From: Cyanophyceae cyanobacterium
GTDB lineage: Bacteria > Cyanobacteriota > Cyanobacteriia > Cyanobacteriales > Laspinemataceae
DNA length: 64,000 nt
Direction: 5' to 3'
Assembly: GCA_038321985.1 (NCBI GenBank)
Contig: JBBQFN010000003.1
Span: forward strand, 128,001-192,000
The translations under genes and the position numbers were made by a program. The notes below the pieces were generated by a model. It ran no database searches and was not told the DNA's origin. It worked only from the letters and a program-made list of their open reading frames with translations. Of the stretch, positions 58,454 through 64,000 are shown one piece after another; within the stretch, counting starts at the first letter, position 1; each line of letters starts with the position of its first letter.

Positions 58454-59542
58454 TTACCGGGTGAGATTTTCCAGTGCCTCCATCGCATTCTGATACTTTT
58501 GGGTTAACCCTTGTTGTTGATAGAGTTGTGCAGCTTTTTGAAAATCTGCCCGCGCTGATTGCGAGTCCCCCAAACGTTGGTAAGTCAGCCCCCGGTTATA
58601 ATAGGCTTCTCCTAAATTAGAATTAAACCGAATCGCTTGGGTATAATCGGCGATCGCATCGGGAAACTGTTCCAGTAAAGCGTAGGCAACCCCCCGATTT
58701 AAGTAGGAACTGGCATCAGCATCATTAATCTCGATCGCCTTCGTATAATCGGCGATCGCACCGCGATAATCTTCCAACCGGCGGCGAGTAATCCCTCGGT
58801 TATAATAGGCTTGAGCTAGAGTCGGATCAAGTTGCAGCGCTTTCTCGTAATCCGCCAGTGCCGCTTCACGATCCCCTTGATCATCATAAGCATTTCCCCG
58901 AAAAACATAGGCGAGGGCATCATTGGCATCCAGTTGGATGACGCGATTAAAATCTTCGATACTTCCCTGAAAATCCCCACTCCGGGCGCGACTTTGCCCC
59001 CGTCTTCTATAAAAAGTCGGATTATCCGGTGCCAGTTCGATCGCCCGGTTATAATCTGCGATCGCCCGCTCAAACTCGCCCTGTTCCGTCTGTGCCTCTC
59101 CTCTAAGCATATAAGCATCGGCATCCCTAGGATTCTCTTCAATCACCCGATCAAAATCCGCGATCGCTGCCTGATACTCTTCTAAATATAGATAATCCAA
59201 AGCCCGTAACCCATAAAGTTGGGTATTTTCAGGCTGGATTTGTAGAACTTGCGTAAAATCTTGCACCGCACCCCGATAGTCCTCACTTCGATGACGCGCA
59301 ATCCCCCGGGCTGTATAAGCCTCCGTCAATGCCGGATTTAGTTCAATCGCCCGAGTTAAATCTGCGATCGCCCCGGCATAGTCTTCCGCCTCCAATTTCT
59401 GCACCCCTTCCGTCAAGAAATCTTGGGGACGAGTTTGGGCGACTGCCTCACGTACAGCCAACACCGGCACAATTCCCGCACCTCCCATTAGGGCAATCAT
59501 CAGTCCCAAAGTAGGGAAAGCAGCATTTAGAGTTAGATTCAT
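58454..59542 (-). CDS. Secreted TPR-repeat protein
   Basis: Signal peptide plus ~9 'AY.NRG...AIADY..AI' repeats. Confidence 0.92.
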   Translation of the reverse strand: MNLTLNAAFPTLGLMIALMGGAGIVPVLAVREAVAQTRPQDFLTEGVQKLEAEDYAGAIADLTRAIELNPALTEAYTARGIARHRSEDYRGAVQDFTQVLQIQPENTQLYGLRALDYLYLEEYQAAIADFDRVIEENPRDADAYMLRGEAQTEQGEFERAIADYNRAIELAPDNPTFYRRRGQSRARSGDFQGSIEDFNRVIQLDANDALAYVFRGNAYDDQGDREAALADYEKALQLDPTLAQAYYNRGITRRRLEDYRGAIADYTKAIEINDADASSYLNRGVAYALLEQFPDAIADYTQAIRFNSNLGEAYYNRGLTYQRLGDSQSARADFQKAAQLYQQQGLTQKYQNAMEALENLTR

Positions 59543-60720
59543 CAGGATTTTAAGTGAGACTGCAACCCTTCAACAAGACGCTCACAGTGAGCGTTTTCGT
59601 GAGTTGCCATAACCGTCACCCGAATCCGGCTGGTTGGCACAGTCGGAGGACGTACAGCACCTACTAAAATACCAGCAGCTTTGAGTCCCTCTCCCACGGT
59701 TAAAACTGTTTTAGCATCAGAGACTTGCAAACACAGAATCGGTGACTCTGAGGGCAGTAAACTCGATGCCACTGGAGGTGGACTCTCTGCCAGCAACTGT
59801 TTAAGGTACTTGACATTTTGCCACAATTTAGCCCGTCGTTGCGGTTCTTGGTTCACAATCGCGATCGCCTCTAACCCTGCTGCCGTATCTGCCGGGGAAA
59901 GTCCCGTCGTATAAATCCAAGTCGCGGCACGATTTCGCAGAAAGTCAATTAACTCAGAACTTCCTGCCACATATCCCCCTAAACTCCCTAACGCCTTACT
60001 CAAGGTTCCCATTTGAATCAAACCCCGACCCGTACAGCCAAAATATTCCACCGCACCAGCACCCGTCCCTCCTAACACCCCAGTTCCGTGCGCTTCATCC
60101 ACTAACAGCATACAGCCATAACTTTCAGCTAAGTCTAATACCTGGGGAAGAGGACATAAATCTCCATCCATACTAAATACCGTATCCGTTAGAATTAAGC
60201 AGCGCCGATAGCGATTTCGGTGAGCATCTAAAAGTGTTTTTAACCCTTCTACATCCCCATGTTGGTATTCTAAAATTGTTGCCCCACTGAGAATCGCTCC
60301 ATTTTTCAGACTAGAATGATTGTATTGGTCCGAGAGAATTAAATCCCGCTTCCCTACCAAAGAAGCAACTGCCCCCAAATTCGCTAAATAACCCGAACTA
60401 AATACAATTGCATCTTCGGTTTTTTTCAAAGAGGAAATTGCCCGTTCCAACTCCCGATGAATCGGTCGATGTCCGGTAATCAAACGCGAACCCGTCGCCC
60501 CAGTCCCATAAATTCCAGTCGCTTCAATCGCCGCTGCAATCAGACGACTGTCCCCCGCCAAGCCCAGATAATCATTGCTGGCAAAATTGATAAATTCTTG
60601 CCCATTCATTTGTACCACTGCACCCGGGCAACCCATGATTTCTTGCACCGAACGATACCAATTTGCCCGGTGAATAGTGCTTAAAGATTCTCCTATCCAA
60701 GCATAAGGATTCGTTGCCAT
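59542..60720 (-). CDS. bioF: 8-amino-7-oxononanoate synthase (ORF track extends to 60798)
   Basis: '[10 protein letters not shown]', 'FSMDGD', 'VDEAHG', PLP-Lys 'GTLSKALG', 'VRPPTVP'. Confidence 0.93.
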   Translation of the reverse strand: MATNPYAWIGESLSTIHRANWYRSVQEIMGCPGAVVQMNGQEFINFASNDYLGLAGDSRLIAAAIEATGIYGTGATGSRLITGHRPIHRELERAISSLKKTEDAIVFSSGYLANLGAVASLVGKRDLILSDQYNHSSLKNGAILSGATILEYQHGDVEGLKTLLDAHRNRYRRCLILTDTVFSMDGDLCPLPQVLDLAESYGCMLLVDEAHGTGVLGGTGAGAVEYFGCTGRGLIQMGTLSKALGSLGGYVAGSSELIDFLRNRAATWIYTTGLSPADTAAGLEAIAIVNQEPQRRAKLWQNVKYLKQLLAESPPPVASSLLPSESPILCLQVSDAKTVLTVGEGLKAAGILVGAVRPPTVPTSRIRVTVMATHENAHCERLVEGLQSHLKS

Positions 60721-60900
60721 TGTTGATAAAATAGAGGTAAAATAAACCCAGGTCCATGCATGGCGGGGCCACTGAGCGCAGTCGAAGTGCGGACTCATTA
60801 AAGGTTGAAATAATAAAATACTCCTTTCTAGACGCTGCCTAGGAATGCTCTAATGGAGGCTTTACCTCCTGTGTAATTCATTCATATTAAATAGAACCCC

Positions 60901-61134
60901 TTAACCTTCCCCCGGTTCATTAGGCGGGGGCTGCTGTTCCTCCTTCCCCGCCTTCCCCCGTTCCGGATAAACTCTATCCACTAACCCCATTTCAAACGCC
61001 ACATCCGGTAACTGTCCCACCGGATAAAGCCCCGGATACAATACACCCGTGCTCGTGAAACAAGGCTGCTTCAGTTCAACAATTTCAGTAGCCGCAAAAA
61101 TATCTCTCGACATTCGACGTTCAATTCCCATCAA
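60901..61134 (-). CDS. Small hypothetical protein
   Basis: 77-aa ORF with plausible composition; no motif. Confidence 0.5.
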   Translation of the reverse strand: MMGIERRMSRDIFAATEIVELKQPCFTSTGVLYPGLYPVGQLPDVAFEMGLVDRVYPERGKAGKEEQQPPPNEPGEG

Positions 61135-61448
61135 TTTTCTCCTAAATTAACAATAACCGGCGAGTTTTAAGCCCACACCTCGGGGTTGGGCGGCGATTAA
61201 CCTGATTGAAGCATTTTCTAAGTAGGCTAGGGTTCCTCTACAACATTATAAATCAGTTTACCAGCCAATTCTAACTTATAGTCTCAAAATCCACCGTGGC
61301 GATCGCTCTTATATATTTCTTTTTTTCTCCTCACTTTATACCTGTCTCAGGGAGAGACTGCTATCCGAGTGAACTTTGTCTGATCGCCGGTCCCCATTAG
61401 AATGTAAATTCCTACTTTATTTTATAACGGGCAACTCTCCCCCTATTT

Positions 61449-61841
61449 TTAGGCTTGAACTGGAGTGATTTCTTCTTTGGGTTCGGGGGTAGCTTTGGCG
61501 ATCGCCTGAAGTAATAAATAATTCAGGACCGTTCTCACTGCAATAATCGCGACTAACCGAGCGATATCATCCCACTGGCTAGAAATCATAGTTTTTAAAA
61601 TTGTCGCACCGATGAGGAAGCTCAATCCTAAAGAAAAGGAATATCCCATCACTAACCGGCTGCGCTGAAATGCTTCGGTTGTGTGCGGTTTAAACAGAGC
61701 ATCTTTGACAAAAATTATTAAAGCCCGGGTCACCCCGAGACCAATTACAAATATTGCCAAAAGCTGACATAAACTTGTTAAAATGGTATTACCCGAAGTA
61801 ACGAGGGCTGTAATTCCGGTTTCAATTTCATGTAAGTTCAT
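61449..61841 (-). CDS. DUF1622 membrane protein
   Basis: 'LGLSFLIGATILKT', 'IIAVRTVLNYLL'. Confidence 0.85.
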   Translation of the reverse strand: MNLHEIETGITALVTSGNTILTSLCQLLAIFVIGLGVTRALIIFVKDALFKPHTTEAFQRSRLVMGYSFSLGLSFLIGATILKTMISSQWDDIARLVAIIAVRTVLNYLLLQAIAKATPEPKEEITPVQA

Positions 61842-62255
61842 TTCTATTTTTTGATGATTTTAGCTATCTCTTCTACCTTAACTCGATATTGAGCAGGATA
61901 GGTTTTGTCATGCGCACCCCGTGAAATGGGACCTCAGACCTTTATTCTATTCTAATACAAAGGTTAAGTGGTTTTGCCTATCCCTAGAAGAAATGGGAGT
62001 TGGCGATCGCAAATCACTTAGGCTAAGGGGTAGAGCATCACCGACCCTGTTAGGACCCGGGACTAATAGTTTTCTAAGATTTCATCGGAAAAATATATCT
62101 GGAGGTAGTGGAAATCCAATCGGAGACTTGGCTAAAATGATTCTGATTAGTAGGTGGTAGTCTGAGTTCTTAGTTTCTATATCCAATAAAACCCCGGGGA
62201 GTACCTGTGGGAATTTTATCACCTCAAATTTTTAGAAAATTTTGGAGGCCAAATC

Positions 62256-62504
62256 ATGTTAGCTCAACGCATATTAGAACGGGGAAGTCAAGGGGAAGAT
62301 GTTAAAGAGATTCAACAAATTTTATTAAAGATGGGGTATGGTTTAGGCGAAGCGGGGGTTGATGGAAAGTTTGGTCCGGGAACTGAAGCAGCCGTCAAAA
62401 ATTTTCAAGCAGATATCAATCTGCAATATCCTGAAGCGACAGTGATTATTGATGGACAAGTTGATCGCCAAACTTGGTTTTTCTTGAAAAAAAGCCGTTC
62501 CTAA
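62256..62504 (+). CDS. Peptidoglycan-binding domain protein
   Basis: 'LERGSQGEDVKEIQQIL...VDGKFGPGTEAAVKNFQ'; GGAGG RBS. Confidence 0.85.
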   Translation: MLAQRILERGSQGEDVKEIQQILLKMGYGLGEAGVDGKFGPGTEAAVKNFQADINLQYPEATVIIDGQVDRQTWFFLKKSRS

Positions 62505-62837
62505 CTCTTAAAATGCCTCCCTAACCGTGGTAAAAAGCTGTTGAACTGCCATTTTTCATCAAGGTAAAAGACAGGAAGACCAAAGAGTCTGAAATCCGAG
62601 CAACTCCCTAGGCAGTCGCCGATCGCCTCGTTTCAGACTCACTTTTTCTCTCACTCCCCCGTAAAATTTCACAATAATTAAATTTATGTTAAAAAAGTGG
62701 CAATTTTAATGAAGTTTAGTTAAGAAACTTAAAATTATTTGTTGTTTTTTGGATAAAGCCGCACAACGCTCCAATTTGTGGTGAATATAGAAAGAGCAAC
62801 GGAACCACTTATGTTTGGGAATCACACTCAAGCGGCT

Positions 62838-64000
62838 ATGAAATTTAAACGTTTATATGGAATGCTTGCTTTTACGGTATTCTTCCTGAGTATCGTTGTG
62901 GGATGTGTCAGGGATGCCAGGAATATCGGTACGCTACAAGTGTGGGCGCACGCCGGTCAAGATGCAGAACGCAACACTCTCCAAGAACAAGTGAATCGGT
63001 TTAATAAGGCTCATGATGATATCACGGTTCAGCTCACTTTTCTACCGGAAGGCTCTTATAACGCCCAAGTCCAAGCGGCAGCTATCTCTGGGGATTTGCC
63101 GGATCTGCTAGAATTTGACGGTCCATTTATCTATAATTATGTCTGGCAGCAAAATCTCAGACCGATTGACGACCTGATTTCTTCACAAGTTCGCATGGAT
63201 TTGCTGCCGTCAATTATCACCCAGGGAACCTATAACGATCGCCTCTATTCTGTCGGAACGTTTGATTCTGGACTCGGGATTTACGCACGCCGTACTGTAC
63301 TAGAAGCAGCAGGAGTTCGCATTCCTCAAGGGAATGCTGACGCTTGGACTACAGACGAATTTGATCGCGCTTTAGCGGTGTTAGCTCAAAATGACCCGGA
63401 CGGCCAGGTTCTTGACCTCAAATTAAACTATTCCGGGGAATGGTTTACTTATGCGTTTATGCCGCTTTTGTATTCAGCCGGAGGTAGTACAATTGATCGC
63501 ACAAGTTACCAGAATGCTTCAGGGTCGATGGATAGTCCCGAATCGGTTGCAGCCATGGAACAGGTACAGTCTTGGATGCAAAAGGGTTACGTTGATCCGA
63601 ATGTAGATGACGCCGCCTTTACCAGCGGACGGGTTGCGCTGTCTTGGGTTGGTCACTGGGTATATCCAAGCTATGCAGAAGCGTTTGGAGATGATTTAAT
63701 AGTGTTACCGCTGCCGAATTTTGGCACCGGGTCAAAAACTGCCCAGGGGTCTTGGAATTGGGGAATTACTCAGAAGAATAACAACCCGGAAGCGGCGATC
63801 GCTTTTTTAGAGTTTTTGTTACAACGGGATGAAGTGCTAGCGATGTCGAATGCGAATGGGGCAGTACCCGCCACCCAAAGTGCGATTACACAATCTCCAT
63901 TATACCGTGAAGGAGGGCCGTTACGCCTATTTTCTTCGCAATTGTTAAATAACAAAACCGTTCCCCGTCCGCAAACTCCTGGCTATCCAGTGATTACTTC
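62838..64000 (+). CDS. Sugar ABC transporter substrate-binding lipoprotein (runs off window end; not in ORF track)
   Basis: MKFKRLYGMLAFTVFFLSIVVGC..., 'GDLPDLLEFDGP', 'GSWNWGI'; no stop seen before the window end. Confidence 0.88.
   Translation, partial: MKFKRLYGMLAFTVFFLSIVVGCVRDARNIGTLQVWAHAGQDAERNTLQEQVNRFNKAHDDITVQLTFLPEGSYNAQVQAAAISGDLPDLLEFDGPFIYNYVWQQNLRPIDDLISSQVRMDLLPSIITQGTYNDRLYSVGTFDSGLGIYARRTVLEAAGVRIPQGNADAWTTDEFDRALAVLAQNDPDGQVLDLKLNYSGEWFTYAFMPLLYSAGGSTIDRTSYQNASGSMDSPESVAAMEQVQSWMQKGYVDPNVDDAAFTSGRVALSWVGHWVYPSYAEAFGDDLIVLPLPNFGTGSKTAQGSWNWGITQKNNNPEAAIAFLEFLLQRDEVLAMSNANGAVPATQSAITQSPLYREGGPLRLFSSQLLNNKTVPRPQTPGYPVIT

Noticed and set aside
1..64000. Very frequent GCGATCGC
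   Set aside because: Known cyanobacterial HIP1 motif; useful only as a taxonomic cue

Overview
Cyanobacterial chromosomal window (abundant HIP1 GCGATCGC, four pentapeptide-repeat genes, rbp-rpsU pair; a filamentous Oscillatoriales-like host is an inference). 1-17.7 kb: type III-A (Csm) CRISPR-Cas locus with a divergent WYL regulator, csx3-NTPase, HD-less cas10, csm2-5, cas6, two CARF proteins, an inserted vapBC/Rpn block, a cas1 pseudogene, cas2 and an 11-repeat array. 18-30.3 kb: three single-module NRPS genes. 30.6-64 kb: mostly housekeeping and signalling genes plus tRNA-Glu. Most interesting is a ~1.2-kb cassette between the WYL gene and csx3. It carries a self-contained minus-strand CRISPR mini-array (promoter, repeat-spacer-repeat, terminator). 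Its single spacer is antisense to the leader of the adjacent orphan 124-aa ORF, with mismatches at Csm flip-out positions. That ORF is preceded by a rare-codon mini-ORF and followed by a multi-hairpin RNA. This looks like a candidate type III CRISPR-repressed toxin-antitoxin or regulatory module; the function is inferred, not shown.
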